Of a stretch of DNA of 64,000 nucleotides, positions 12,853 through 27,229 are shown in pieces. This DNA is from Octopus sinensis (Eukaryota). A program made the translations under genes and the position numbers. Under the pieces are notes generated by a model. That model did no database searches and was not told the DNA's origin. It worked only from the letters and a program-made list of their open reading frames with translations. Each line of letters opens with the position of its first letter. Position 1 is the stretch's first letter. The stretch lies in NCBI RefSeq assembly GCF_006345805.1, contig NC_042998.1:42346001-42410000 (forward strand), written 5' to 3'.

Positions 12853-14499
12853 TACAAGGTGGTATCAAAAAAGTTCCCAGACAAGTTGTGTTTAATAAAA
12901 AATAACTTATTTACCTAAGTTTTAACATCATCTCCTTTGAAATAGTCACCTTGCGCACTGGTCCTAGCGTTTCTGCCACTTTTGGGATCCCTGCCTAGAA
13001 GTTGTTTTCTGTAAGCGTGTTGAGGACCTTCTGCAATTTGCTCTAGATCTCAGCAATGGTGTTAAAATGATGATCTTTGAGCTGCCTTTTCATCTTGAGA
13101 TGGAAGTCCCTGTGAATAGGGTGGGTGCAGAAATGATACCATGTTTTTGGTGAGAAACTCATGAGTAAGGAGAGCTTGGTGACAGGGTACATTGTCATTG
13201 TGAAGAATCCAATTCTGCATGCTCCTCAGATCTCTTTACTCTTTTCACTCTTTTACTTGTTTCAGTCATTTGAATGGGGCCATGCTGGAGCACTGCCTTT
13301 AGTTGAGCAAATCGACCCCAGGACTTATTCTTTGTAAGCCTAGTACTTATTTTATTGGTCTCTTTTGCCGAACCACTAAGTTACGGCGATGTAAATACAC
13401 CAGCATCGGTTGTCAAGCGATGTTGGGGGACAAACAGACACACAAACATAAACAGTCATATATATATATATATATATATACATACATGACAGGCTTCTTT
13501 CAGTTTCCGTCTACCAAATCCACTTACAAGGCTTTGGTCGGCCTGAGGCTATAGTAGAATACACTTGCCCAAGGTGCCACGCAGTGGGACTGAACCCAAA
13601 ACCATGTGGCTGGTAAGCAAGCTACTTACCACACAGCCACTCCTGCGCCTATCTGGTCACTTTCACCAAATGACTTCCCTCAAATGCTTTGAAACGTTAC
13701 AGTAGAACTCTCAATTGATGGTCTGGCTCTGGTGAACGAATTCTCGATGTCGAAAAAATGATGAGCATGCTCTGTCATGCCTTCTTTGGTCATGGAAATG
13801 AAGGCCTCTTCCACTGTGACGACTGCTGCTTCGTATCAGGGTCATACCCATAAGACCAAACTCTCAACATAAAGTATGGGCCATCAATAGTATGCTGGCA
13901 GAGATCTTGATAAACTTTGACATGATGTTCAATCTGCTCAGTGCCCAGCAGGTGGGGGACAAACTTGGCAGAGACTCACTGCATGTTCAAATCAGATGTT
14001 AGGATTGACTGCACAGATCCATACACAGACCAACAACATCAGCAATGTTGTTGATTGTCTTTCGATGATCCTCATGCACAAGCTGAAGCATTTTCTCCAC
14101 ACTTTTGAGGGTGACGCCCATAGCAAGTCTTCCAGATCGTTCATCATCTAGGGACGTTATTCCACTATTGAAGTGCCCATGCCACTCAAAACATTGTGTA
14201 CAACCCATTGCCTCATTGTTGTAAGCTTTCTGAAGCATTCTAAACGTTTCTGTAGCAGACTTCCTAAATTTAATGCAAAATTTCACATTGGTTCTCTGTT
14301 CCAACTTCCTATCCATGACAAAATTGCAGACAACAGCATACACATGATCACAAAAACACAAATTTCACAACTTGCAAAGTAAACATAATGATGCCACTTG
14401 GCACACTGCTTCATGAAGGTTACTGCTAGCTCTCATTGTGCACACAACTGTGTTGGCACCTACAGAAATAGTCTGGGAACTTTTTGATATCACCTCATA
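12853..14499 (-). mobile_element. Decayed mariner DNA transposon (about 1.25 kb) with a nested SINE
   Basis: TIRs TACAAGGTGGTATCAAAAAAGTTCCCAGAC and GTCTGGGAACTTTTTGATATCACCTCATA with TA ends. Transposase N-terminus MDRKLEQRTNVKFCIKFRKSATETFRMLQKAY...CFEWHGHFNSG; C-terminus GDYFKGDDVKT*. Catalytic spacing not verified. Confidence 0.9.
13231..13649 (-). mobile_element. SINE family A, full length, inserted inside the mariner
   Basis: Same head and tail as 6750-7146. It interrupts the mariner sequence, with ATCT on both sides. Confidence 0.88.
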
Positions 14500-14695
14500 G
14501 ACATAAATGATACTGTCGTATTTTGTTTCAATGATTTATTAGTAAAGAATGGAGGCTGTGTAGTTAAGATGCTAATCCTGCTTTGTGAAACCTTGAGCAA
14601 GTATTTTCTTCTAGGGCTGTGGGCTGACTATAGTGTTGTGAGTGAATTTTGTAGATGGAAACTGAAAGAGGTCCATCATGCATATATATATATTT

Positions 14696-14895
14696 CTATG
14701 TATGTATGTATGTATGTATGTATGTATGTATGTATGTATGTCTGTATGTATGTATGTCTGTATGTATGTATGTATGTATGTATGTATGCATGCATGCATG
14801 TATGTATGTACGTATGTATGTATGTACGAATGTATGTATGTATGTTTGTATATATATATGTATGAACATGCGTGTGTATGTGTGTGTGTGTGTTT
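14696..14895. repeat. (ATGT)n/(TG)n compound microsatellite inside an old SINE
   Basis: Direct reading. Similar tracts lie at about 19760-19960, 53320-53470 and elsewhere. Confidence 0.95.
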
Positions 14896-15495
14896 GATAA
14901 CTAGTGTTGATTTGTCTATGTCTCCATAACTTAGTGGCTTAGGAAAAGAGACTAATAGAATAGGCACCAGATTTCAAAAATAAGTATTGGGGTCAATTTG
15001 TTTAAGGCAGTGTCCCAAAAGGTCACAGTCCAATGATTAAAACAAGTAAAGATAAATGACAAAGCCTTTGATAAAATCCTCAAAATTAATCGAATGTAAC
15101 ACATCTGCATCTATATTTAGTAGAGACAAGGCATCCCAAGCATTATCTTAGCAAGTCTGAAGAAATTTCTTTTGTGATGTAAACCATTTACCATTTCTAT
15201 GGTGCTCCCCTTTCCTTGATTCCCTAAGCACATGCTTATTGTTCTTAATGGTTAATCCAGTACTGAATGTCACAGTTATGGCCTCTCAATGCTATGCAAT
15301 ATGAATAGGATTTAAAAAATAAAAGAAGTTTCAGAAAGTTTTATGTTTGATTACTGAGTAAACTGGATTTAGCTCTATGCCTTGAAGCTACCCCAATCAT
15401 TTTATAGCCTCTTACTGGTAATTATTGTGTATTCTAAAGAATGGATTTGAAATGAATAAGCCATAGAGATTAGATTCAGTACAAAACCACTTTAC

Positions 15496-15675
15496 CTTAA
15501 CCAATTCTTCTACATCATTTGTTAGCTTTGCACAAGATTTGACATGTTTCATCAAACTGATTGTATCTGTTTGTTTGAGAAGTTCTGCCTCGTGTATTTT
15601 TAGAATGGCTACAGAAAACCGAAATAATATTTTAGGTCCTTCAATGATGAAACAATCCCAAATCCTCAACAGGGT
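15496..15675 (-). CDS. TBC1D2B: Internal coding exon of a TBC-domain Rab GTPase-activating protein, TBC1D2/TBC1D2B-like (C-terminal part of the TBC domain)
   Basis: 180 bp phase 0-0 exon with acceptor cttctctttttgcAG and donor AAG|GTAAAG. It encodes TLLRIWDCFIIEGPKILFRFSVAILKIHEAELLKQTDTISLMKHVKSCAKLTNDVEELVK, which matches the TBC signature (LRIWDxFxxEGxKxLFR) as remembered for TBC1D2/2B. The paralog assignment is not certain. Confidence 0.88.
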
Positions 15676-15866
15676 CTGCAAAAAGAGAAGACATGAATTA
15701 AGAGATCTGAAAAAATACCTCTATTTCTAACAGGAGGAAAAAAAAAGTATCTTAATTTTGGAGCTTTAGGATAGTGTTTCTCAAGCATGTTTACTTATGA
15801 ACCTTTTGATTCCTATTTTACTTGGAATGACTTCATAATCAATTCCATGTTTAAAATTATTAGGAA

Positions 15867-16258
15867 CTAGCAGTATCGCCCGGCGTTGCTCGGGTTTGTA
15901 AGGGAAATAATTATATAAGCATTTTTAGAGATGTAAAGTATAATAGCCATCTCAATATGGCTAACCACAAAGGGGGAGGGGTGTTACTGTAGCTTTTTAC
16001 GTTCTGAGATTTAATAATAAATTTTAGAGAGTTACTTCCCTTATATATGTCAAAAATGGATTAAAAATGGGAAAAATTGATGGTAATTTTTTTTTAAATC
16101 GTAGACTCATCGTAGACGCGCGCTAATACCCAGACGGTTCGATATGAATCACGACTATAAGATACCCGGTTTTGGTTAACTGCACCGCAAAATGTGGGAG
16201 TAGTTAGGAATCTAAATCGTAGGAGACAGACACACAACCTCACTTTTATATATAAAGA
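15867..16258 (-). mobile_element. Complete non-autonomous Helitron (392 bp)
   Basis: On the minus strand: A|TCTTTATATATAA ... subterminal GC hairpin (CCCGAGCAACGCCGGG) ... CTAG|T. This gives a TC start, CTAG end, AT target and no TSD. Confidence 0.85.
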
Positions 16259-16419
16259 TTTCTCTATTTACATAATGTTGAGGTCTCTTTCTTTCTTTTG
16301 TTATCTTACTGTTTTTACCAATATACATATATATATATATATATAATATATATATAGTTACAGAGATGTACTTGCATAGCAAGTGACTTGATCTGAGATC
16401 GTGTGCTGGAACGAAAACA

Positions 16420-16679
16420 GTTGCAGCGTTGAAGGTGTTTATAAGCCATTTAAGAAACACACAAAAACCGTTAGATTCACTTCAACATTTAAATTAAATT
16501 TGTCAAAATATTTTCGTCGCTTTGAGACTGCGACCTGTTAGCACGATATTTTGTCAGTGAACAGGTCGCGGTCTCAAAGCGACGAAAATATTTTGGCAAA
16601 TTAAATTTAAATGTTGAAGTGAATGTAACGGTTTTTGTGTGTTTCTTAAATGGCTTACAAACACCTTCCACGCTGCAAT
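16420..16679. repeat. 260 bp near-perfect palindrome (about 119 bp arms, 20 bp spacer), probably an inverted Penelope-like terminal repeat
   Basis: Arm 1 (TTGCAGCG...GCGACCTGTT) is the reverse complement of arm 2 (AACAGGTCGC...CGCTGCAA) with only a handful of mismatches. The Penelope assignment is inferred from the hammerhead-like motif and the inverted layout. Confidence 0.88.
16550..16600 (+). ncRNA. Candidate minimal type I hammerhead ribozyme with a G3-C8 core variant
   Basis: Stem I TTTGTCA/TGGCAAA (7 bp, one G-U), core GTGAACA, one extra G, stem II GTCGC/GCGAC, GAA, palindromic stem III AATATT, cleavage-site nucleotide U. Confidence 0.5.
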
Positions 16680-16980
16680 ATATATATACACACATATATA
16701 TATATGTATGTATGTATGTATGTGTGTATATGTGTATGCATGTATGTGTGTGTGTGTGCGTGTCTGTGCTTGTGATTGTCCTCCACCACTGCTTGACAAC
16801 GAATGTTGGTTTGTTTACATCCCTGTCACCTAGTGGTTTGACAAAGGAAACAGATAGAATAAGTACAATGCTTACAAAAATAAAACTGGAGTTGATTCAT
16901 TAAACTACAATTCTTCAAGGCATTGCCCCAGCATGGCCACAGAGCAATGGCTGGAAAAAGCAGAAGAATAAAAGAATTGA

Positions 16981-17165
16981 GGGGGACCTCTACATGGTAG
17001 CTAGACCTGGTAGAAATAGCAGCAAAATTTCCCCAAATCACACCTTACTGTCTTATCTATGTATATATGTATGTATGAGCCTATGAGGGAGACCCCTACA
17101 TGGCAGCTAGACATGGTAGAAATAGCAGCCAAATCTCCCTCAAATCACACCTTACTGTCTTATCT
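16981..17165 (+). repeat. Imperfect direct duplication of about 78 bp
   Basis: 16981-17058 versus 17087-17165 (CTACATGG.AGCTAGAC.TGGTAGAAATAGCAGC...CAAATCACACCTTACTGTCTTATCT), separated by a TA/TG-rich spacer. Confidence 0.8.
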
Positions 17166-18883
17166 TTCTGCTACTTGGATATAGGTGTTATATTCGTCTA
17201 AAAAACTTTCCTGTCACACACTCACGCACACACACACACACACCACACGCACCGTCACACCCCACACACGCGCACACACACACACACACACACGCATGTT
17301 AGCTTACAATTTTATTTATATATTTGCGTGTGTATGTGTGGAAAGAGGAAGTGGGAGGCAGAGTGAAAGAATCACTCACCACAGTAAGTGAATTAGTTTC
17401 ATTTTATTCGTTGCCCACTGTGTGTGTGCGTTTGCGTGTGGTGTAAACCAGACTAAGAAAAGCATTTGACACACACACCAGAATGTGAGTTTTCTGTAAA
17501 TTTTGCTTAATTGGAGTTTAAATTTTAAAAACTGGACCTGGCATGACGCGATGCATTGTACTCTTAAAAATGCCAGGTAAATTGTAATTGAAGAAATCCT
17601 ATATTGTAGATTTGTATAACTCCCAAAGGGAGGCAGATAAAATCTGCCTTTTATAATAAGAGATTCATCATCATCATCATCGTTTAACGTCCACTTTCCA
17701 TGCTAGCATGGGTTGGATGATTTGACTGAGGTCTGGCAAACAAGATGGCTGCACCAGACTCCGATCTGATCTGGCAGAGTTTCTACAGCTGGATGCCCTC
17801 CCTAATGCCAACCACTCCAAGAATGTAGTGGGTGCTTTTATGTGCCACCGGCATGAGGGCCAGTCAAGTGGTAATGGCAACGGCCACGCTCAAATGGTGC
17901 TTTTTATGTGCCACCTGCACAGGAGCCAGTCCAGCAGCACTGGCAATTACCTCGCTTGAATGTTTCTTTTTCACTTGCCACCAGCACAAGTGCTGGTAAG
18001 GTGATGCAGGTAACAATCATGCTCGAATGGTGTTGCTCAAAACATTAAAATATTTTGTTTTATTGTAGAAATATAAACAGTTTATTGTAGATAAATTTTA
18101 ACAACAAAATATTATATATGGACCCCCCAAGAGCCATATATAATATGTTGAGAACCACTACACTAAACTTTAAAAACTTTGGTACAAATGACTTTATTCA
18201 AAAATGAAGCATTTCTTTTCAACTGACAATGTCCCAATCCTAATAATTCTGTAGAAGTATGTATTTCTTTTAGAAATAAACAATATTACACACACACAAC
18301 GGATGCACAAACATCGTCATCTTCCCCCTCCTCATCGTTTTTACATCCTCATTCCAAGCATGGGTTGGGCAGGTTGTCACAATCTGAGTCAGTTCTACCT
18401 GTCAAGACAGATCAAAAGACTACATCTCGCTAAAAACATTAATCTGTCAACTGGTTTCACAACACCCCTTGGTGCCTGAGCTATATTTAGTGGCAGTTAC
18501 TCCATTACATGCATCCAGGTGAGGTCTTCTATGGATATATACTTCTGAACACTTCAATTAATATACCCGCTCTACTGACACATATATACGTGTGCATATT
18601 TTTTCTGACTTAGTTATATGTATATATACATATATATATATGCACACATACACACACACATATGTATAAGTCTTTGTGTGTGTGTGTGTGTGTGTCTAAG
18701 TTGCCTAAGTGTTTATAAGTCAGGAAAAAATCACTTGTATATCTGTCAATGGAGAGGGTATATGATCCAAGGTGTATAGTATTATATATCTGCAAACATG
18801 CTAGGGTTGAATCCCTAGCATGAAACTAATTGCTAAGATCAGTGGTAATGGATATATAAAACTGCATACTTTGGATTATATAT

Positions 18884-18926
<43 letters not shown>

Positions 18927-19025
18927 CATACACGCACACATATATGTATACACACACACACGCACAAACATATACATATATTTGTATATATATATATCTA
19001 TGACAGTTTTCATAAGCTCTTTATA

Positions 19026-19070
<45 letters not shown>

Positions 19071-20330
19071 GTGTGTGTGAGTGTGTGTGTATACATATAC
19101 ATTTGAGAGCTTATGAAAACTGTCATACATATATATATATATATACAAATAATTTCTTTTGTATTCAAAATTCTTTCAGTGAATAAAAATAAGAAAAATA
19201 AAATAAAAATATTTTAATTCCTGTTCTGCACTATAAAATGTCTTCTTTTCTAATCTAAAACAAAAGGTTATGTGGAGGTCAAAGGAAATTTGCTGTGTGG
19301 TCTATTGAAGAACACAGTATTTCTGTCTTTGGCATCCTGTTAGATTGTCAGTCAATCCGTTTGTTAGCCTGTTGATGATACTGATCAAAGAAAAAAGTGA
19401 AGTAGGAATATGAAATCTTTACCAACAATCTCCACTTCAACAGAGAAATAATAATGAACAATGGGGTAGCAGTATCGAGGAGATGTAAACATATTACAAA
19501 AATATTTACACATGTACAAGCACACATGTACACATACATTCACATACATATACAAAAATGGATTCATACATACATACATATACATATATACATGGTGGAA
19601 GTAAACTCATAACTGAAGAGTGCAAACGTTTCAAGAAATCAGGAAGTTCCTGTGCAGGAATTTGTTTTGAGTTGATAAAGTGTTGCAGGGCACTGATCCT
19701 GATTTTCAGTGCAGTCAGCTATAACATCAGTGGCACAACAGAGATTGAGATGACATACACATATACATACATATATATATGTGCATACATACATACATAC
19801 ATAATACACGCATAGATAGATAGATACATACATACATACATACATGCATGCATACATACATACATGCATGCATACATACATACATACATACATACATACA
19901 TACATACATGCATGCATGCATACATACATACATACATACACACATACATACATACATACATTCTCATTGTGTTCAACGTTTTTTTGATGTCCTGTAGCCA
20001 TATATGCATCATCATCATCATCATCATCATCATTTAACGTCCGCTTTCCATGCTAGCATGGGTTGGACGGTTCAACTGGGGTCTGGGGAGCCCGAAAGCT
20101 GCACCAGTCCAGTCAGATCTGGCAGTGTTTCTACAGCTGGATGCCCTTCCTAACGGATGCCCTTCCTAACGTATATATATATATATATATGTAAGTATGT
20201 ACATATATATATGTATATATGCATATATTTATATATTATTTATATTATCATATGATTGAACGCCATGCATCCTTTTCCAAGTATGTTTTATATGTATATA
20301 TATATATAAAATATGTACATATATATATAT

Positions 20331-20366
<36 letters not shown>

Positions 20367-20682
20367 GCATACATATGTGTGTATGCTTATATCTACTTGC
20401 ATAAGTAGACAGCTCCAAATGCAAAAAGCACCATTTATGTTCAAATCTTCACAAACGCATACATGAACACAAACACACATGTAAACAGACACAAAAACAC
20501 ACATCCACACACGCACACACACACATATACACACACAATCGCACATTCACACACACACGTACACACACACACACATACACACACAAAGTTGAAGTCCTAG
20601 ACTTGGTCTTTTTGTTGATGTATTCACAACAAACAGACTTCCTGTGGTATTTAGCTTTCCTATGATGTATGCAAATATGAGG

Positions 20683-20717
<35 letters not shown>

Positions 20718-21299
20718 TATGTATATGAATACATCTATACATATATATGTGTATATTTACACGGTGCCATATAAAATGCACCCAGTATACTCTGTAAAGT
20801 GGTTGGCATTAGGAAGGCCATTCAGCTGTAGAAACCAAGCCAAACAGTCTACAGAACTTGGTACAACCCCTGGCCAATCCATGCCAGCATGGAAAATGGA
20901 TATTGACTGATGATGATGATGATGATGATGATGATATGTGTGCATATATGTATAAGTGTATATCTACATACATGCATGCTCTCTCTCTCTCTCTCTCACA
21001 CATAGACACACACACACACACATGCATTTATATACACAGATTTTTTAAAATGAAACTGAACCTAAGAGGTTGTCTCATGGCTTGAGTTTCTATTTCAATA
21101 AAAGAACCATATCCTCTACAACATATAATCCAGTGCTCTTCATCTGACATATGAATACATACACACTCACACATACATACACACCCCATGCCACACATAT
21201 ATATATATATTATATACATATAATGTGTGCTTGTATGTGTATGTGAGTATATTTCATTTAGGTACCAACATTTGAGAGGCTAACTTATCTCTTCTGCAT

Positions 21300-21470
21300 A
21301 CTAGGTCTGTGAACAGGTTTTCCAAACATTTGCAACTTGCCATTCATCATAGTTCTTTGTAACTGCCTTGAAGAGGTTCAGGTTCCAGTGATCAGTTTTC
21401 ACCATTTCATCGCATGTCTTTTTGAGTCTGTTTTCTACAGGTTCCACCAACTTTAAGTGCTTGGCACTTT
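21300..21470 (-). mobile_element. Short RTE-like ORF2 C-terminal remnant
   Basis: LKKTCDEMVKTDHWNLNLFKAVTKNYDEWQVANVWKTCSQT* resembles the RTE C-terminus seen at 43.3 kb. Confidence 0.45.
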
Positions 21471-21588
21471 GTTATACAATTGACACAGTCCATTATGACC
21501 AAACCAATTCATGCCACCATAGAAAGTCAGATATAAAATAATCAAATGACGTTGATGATAATGATGTATATTTGTATATTCCTATGTG

Positions 21589-21633
<45 letters not shown>

Positions 21634-21640
21634 GTATATA

Positions 21641-22629
<989 letters not shown>

Positions 22630-22901
22630 TCCAAATACTTCCTCTAAGTAGCAGTAGCTTTTTCCTTTTCCTCTGTTCTTTTCTATCTTGCAAGTTACAT
22701 GATAACCTCACAAGAGTAGGAGGAGCACAAAAAGCACCCAGTATACACTGTTGTGTGGTTGGCATTAGGAAGGGCATCCAGCTGTAGAAACCATGCCAAA
22801 GATGACATTGGAGACTGACACAGCCCTGCAGCTTACCAGTTCCTTGTCACACCATCCAACCCATGCCAGTATGGAAAGCAAATTTTAAAGGATGATGAAG
22901 A

Positions 22902-22941
<40 letters not shown>

Positions 22942-24259
22942 TATACATATATATATTTACATATATATATACATATATATATCCACAAATACATATATGA
23001 AATCCTAGAAGCATATCGTTTATGTAAATGCCTCTGTGCCTAATCTAGTCCCTATCAAACCTTCCCCATAACTCATCTTCCTAACACCCATTCCTCCATC
23101 ACTCTTCTGGCTATGGCACTATTTACTCAGTTGCTGTAATAATACAAGACTTGACCTGCACATACTTCATCCCTCTTTTGTACTACCAGTTCTCTCTTTT
23201 CTTGCAACCACTTCCCTTGTCACCCAACCCACACTGTCTGCATCATCTACTATAGCATCAGATTGACCAAATCTTTGAGGGTGGAATTTAGAAGCTGGAA
23301 TATTTCATATTTAAGAAATGGCATATCATTCTAACATCATATGCATTTCTTCACCATCTCTGAAATATATTCTAACTTTGCCCACTTTTCAACTCATTAT
23401 TAAGATAATAATAAAATGTAACAATAAAATGTATTGATAGCTGGAAAAGAAATATATAAAAGCATAAATAAAGGTGTGTGCATTTGAAAGAGCAAAACAC
23501 AATAGTTTTAAAATTAAGCTAGAAAGAAGCATATTATTTGAAATGGAAATATGACTGCCATTTGGGATTTTCATTTGCCATTATTGTAACAAAATCTTTT
23601 CTGCTCTTATATTCTTCCTTTATTGTCAAATGTTATCAATGATTTTATACTGGTTGTTTACACTAAGTCATTCTGAAATACGTTGCTATAAGAATCATTC
23701 TGTAAGCAGAATTCATTTCATGGAAAATAGAATCTGTTTCAATTGATTCATTCATATGTGCTATGACAAAAGAAAAAGAAAAGGAAACACTTTTTTTTTC
23801 TTCCAACAAAGGATGGTAAATATTTTGAAGATCAACACATATCTCAATCATAGCTGGAAGACCTACATCAAGCATTGGTAATGCATTTACCAGATATAAG
23901 TTAAAAAGAGAAAAGCTGAACTTATCATTAAAGCAGTATCTAATAATTTATTATAAATACAAAAAAGAAAAGTAATCAGGAAATAAATATTTCTGTGATC
24001 AAATGCTAGAGTTGATAAAGTCAACTGAGAATATATTTAGATTGAAGCATAAATTTTGTGATATGAGATTATCAGCTTGCCATATCAAATGATATCTTAT
24101 TTACACTGAATTCTTCTGCATCACCTTTCAACCTCACCTTCTACATTGTCATTATTTGGATTTCTACTTCTATCAAAGACATTATCATGTTTGTTTTATC
24201 TGAAGGAGTGAGCAGAGTTATGTTTCTTTAACTTTAAAAACATATGCATAAAACTCACA

Positions 24260-24305
<46 letters not shown>

Positions 24306-24312
24306 CACGCAC

Positions 24313-24345
<33 letters not shown>

Positions 24346-24832
24346 GATACACTCCCACAATGAGGAGGACAATGATGGTGATGACAGCAACAGTGACAAC
24401 ACCAACCACCACCACTACCATTACCACATGCAAACTCATTAAACTGGCCATAGAACAGGGTTTTTCCGTGTTAATATTTAGATGTATTTTGATAGCTTTA
24501 GACATCAGTTATATGATGGAGGAAAATTATATTTACTGTGAAAACAAAATGATAATACCTCCCAAAATTATTTATGCAATTTATTTGTTTTACACTGATA
24601 TTTAGAATAGCATATATATGCCTCTTGCTAGTTTTAATATAGAAAACCAAGTCAAACAGGCTGTTGACAAATATTAATTTCTAATACATAGGCATGAGGC
24701 TTCAGAGAATGTCAGAAGAGAAACTGTAACATTACTGATTTTCTGAAGGCAACAGTAATGTATTAATGAAATATCTACAATCAGGAATTGAAACAGAGTT
24801 ATCAAGGGACTTGTACATTTTCTCAGCTATCA

Positions 24833-25375
24833 GTTAACCTTTTAGCATTCAGATTACCCTGTCAAGTGTAATCCATATATATTCACATTTTTTGTTGTTG
24901 TTTGTTCCTTCTTGAGCCATGCCTGGCTCATAAGGGCCAGTTTCCCTGGCTTCTTGGCATATAGATTGCCCACCTGGATGGGACACTGGTCTGTCACAGG
25001 TGAGCTACAAGATGCAGGAGGAAAGAGCGAGAGAAAGTTGTGGCGAAAGAGTCAGCAGAAGTTTCGCCATTACCTTCTGCCGGAGCCGCGTGGAGCTTAG
25101 GCGTTTCGCTCATAAACACACACATCACCCAGTCTGTGATCCATCAACCGCAAGTCTGCTGCTCTAACCACTAGGCCATGTGCCTTCACATATATTCACA
25201 TTGCTTTGAATTAATCATGTATTAAATTATGGCTTTGAGATTTCAATGATGTGATTGTGTATTTTTAGAATGACATTGTAGGGTAGGTATGAGATACCAG
25301 ATCTGGCTTGTTTGAACATAAAACAGATAGAATATTTGAGCTGGATATGGCTAATTTAAATGCAAACGGGTTAAA
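24833..25375. mobile_element. TTAA-flanked MITE (piggyBac-like ends) interrupted by a SINE
   Basis: TTAACCTTTTAGCATT ... AATGCAAACGGGTTAA. A reverse-orientation relative lies at about 42095-42315. Confidence 0.6.
24890..25189 (-). mobile_element. tRNA-derived SINE, family D, with a 13 bp TSD, inserted in a MITE
   Basis: Head GTGAAGGCACATGGCCTAGTGGTTAGAGCAGC. TSD ATATATTCACATT at 24877-24889 and 25190-25202. Tail ...GGCATGGCTCAAGAAGGAACAAACAACAAC. Confidence 0.85.
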
Positions 25376-26099
25376 CAATTATTTTCTTGCAGTTTGTAAG
25401 TGCTTTGTTTTTATTTTTTCATTTAAATTGCTTTATTTTATTTATGTGTTTGTTTATTTTTGATAACTCTGTTTATCTTTGATGTAGTAAGAAAAGAGCC
25501 ACCCCTTTGATGAACCATGAATAAAAGCAACTTTTCTAGTATTCAATTTTTGATAGTTTACTGTAGTTATAATAGTGCGATTTTATTTACAACATCATGG
25601 GAAAAGATCTGAGTTGGCCATGACTAGATCCAAAATTCATGTGGATTAAACAGTTTTGACCAGTATTTTCCAACTGAGATATAACCACATATTGTAGGGA
25701 CATCTGAAAGCATTATCAGGCTGTATGATGGAATTTATAATTCTAGGTTCAGTGCATTAATAATATCCACTGAGCTAGCAGTCCATTTTCAAGTCCAGAA
25801 TATAAAAAGAGGGGTGATGGACTGAAAGAATGGTAAGAACAGTGGGCAAAATGCCTTGCAGTATTTAATTATCGCTCTTTATGTGCGTAGTTCATATCCT
25901 GCTGAAATTAATTTCTCTTTCACCATTCTGGAGCAGTTAAATAAACAATAAGTGCTGTGTTTATTTATATTCTTATAATGCATTCCAGATATGAATAGAA
26001 TTATAATAGAAGATGAAGATGAGTATTGTTGAGCTCCATCTTATGAATGAATGAATAAATAAAAAGTACACAATATCATCAAGTATGTTGTGTTGTCAT

Positions 26100-27075
26100 T
26101 GTTGCTGCCATTGTCATCGTCGTTGTCATCATCATCATCATCATCATCATCATTTAACATCCGTTTTCCATGCTGGCATGGGTTGGATGGTTTCACAAGA
26201 ACTGACAAATCAGTAGACTGTGCCAAACTTCAGTATCTGCTTTGGCTGGATGCCCTTCCTAATACCAGCCACTTTACAGAGTGTACTAGATGCTTTACAG
26301 AGTGTACTACCTGGCACCAGCGCCGGTGAAGTCACCAAGTAACTTGCTGGGTATAACCCCTCGATTATGGGAGAGGGGGCAGGGAGGAGAGTAATACTGA
26401 GGGAAAGAAAAAGGTTTCTTGCATTAGAAGAGAAACATGGTTACTTCAGATGGGCAGAGAGAGGAGAGAGAAGATGGTGCTGATGCTATGAGGATGGGAT
26501 AGGGGCCATACACCCAAGTTACAGGGAGGTGTGTATGGTGAAGTGGACCAGGGATTGGAGAGGGTGTGTGTGTGGATGAGTTCACAATATAGCGAAAGGA
26601 GACTGGGAGCTGGTGATAGGGGAATGTAATAAGTGGGCACAGGTAGAGAGGATAAATATTAGAAGGATATGCTGTTAGCAAGGGATTCAAGTGCGATATA
26701 TTGTGTGCTGGTAGGTACATGAAGGATGGAAATACAGTGGTAGTGAGCATGGCTGGGGGGAAGCTGGGTTGACGAGAGAAAGGACGTAAAGATCTTACCG
26801 TTATGTCCTGGATTTTACTTAGCCAGGCGAGTCTTCTCAAGCCCAGCGAATTGCCATATGTTTCAGTCCTTTGTCACCTCCTCTGTGAGGGCCAGCATCT
26901 GAAGATCATTTCTCACTGCTTTGTCCCACATCTTCACAGGCTCCTCTTCTACAGTTTCCCTGTGCATTTAGAGATCAGCACTTCTTTATGCAGTTGTCCT
27001 CATCCATATGCATTACATTACCATACTAGTGCAGTCTACTCTTCTGCACACTACAGCTGATGCTTCTTTTGCACA
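26100..27075 (-). mobile_element. RTE-clade LINE 3' fragment (ORF2 C-terminus, 3' UTR and (GAT)n tail)
   Basis: Decayed RLxWYGHVMRMDEDxCIKKC...G.PRKTWD-like segment at 26820-27075, contiguous with the common GGCATTAGGAAGGGCATCCAGC...CATGCCAGCATGGAAAACGGATGTTAAATGATGATG tail. Confidence 0.72.
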
Positions 27076-27229
27076 ATATTTCTCTCAAAGCATGCACAAT
27101 GGCATTGCACATCTCATACATCATAATATTCAAAAAATGTAAATATCTGTGTATATGCACCACAATAAGGAGTATTAGATGAATAAAAGGGTCACCCTTA
27201 TGAAGCCTTCATGCAGACTACCTCGAAAT

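Noticed and set aside
14569-14967. Overlapping ORFs of the MYVCMYVC / HTYIHTYI type (also at 19.6-20.0, 20.2-20.8, 29.3-29.6, 53.2-53.5, 55.5-55.9 and 57.8-58.2 kb)
   Set aside because: Translations of tetranucleotide and dinucleotide microsatellites that happen to lack stop codons.
18797-18822. Perfect 10 bp hairpin CATGCTAGGG/CCCTAGCATG
   Set aside because: Short and isolated, with no associated termini; compatible with chance in 64 kb.
26424-26840. 138 aa minus-strand ORF
   Set aside because: Lies in the pyrimidine-rich 3' UTR of the RTE fragment.
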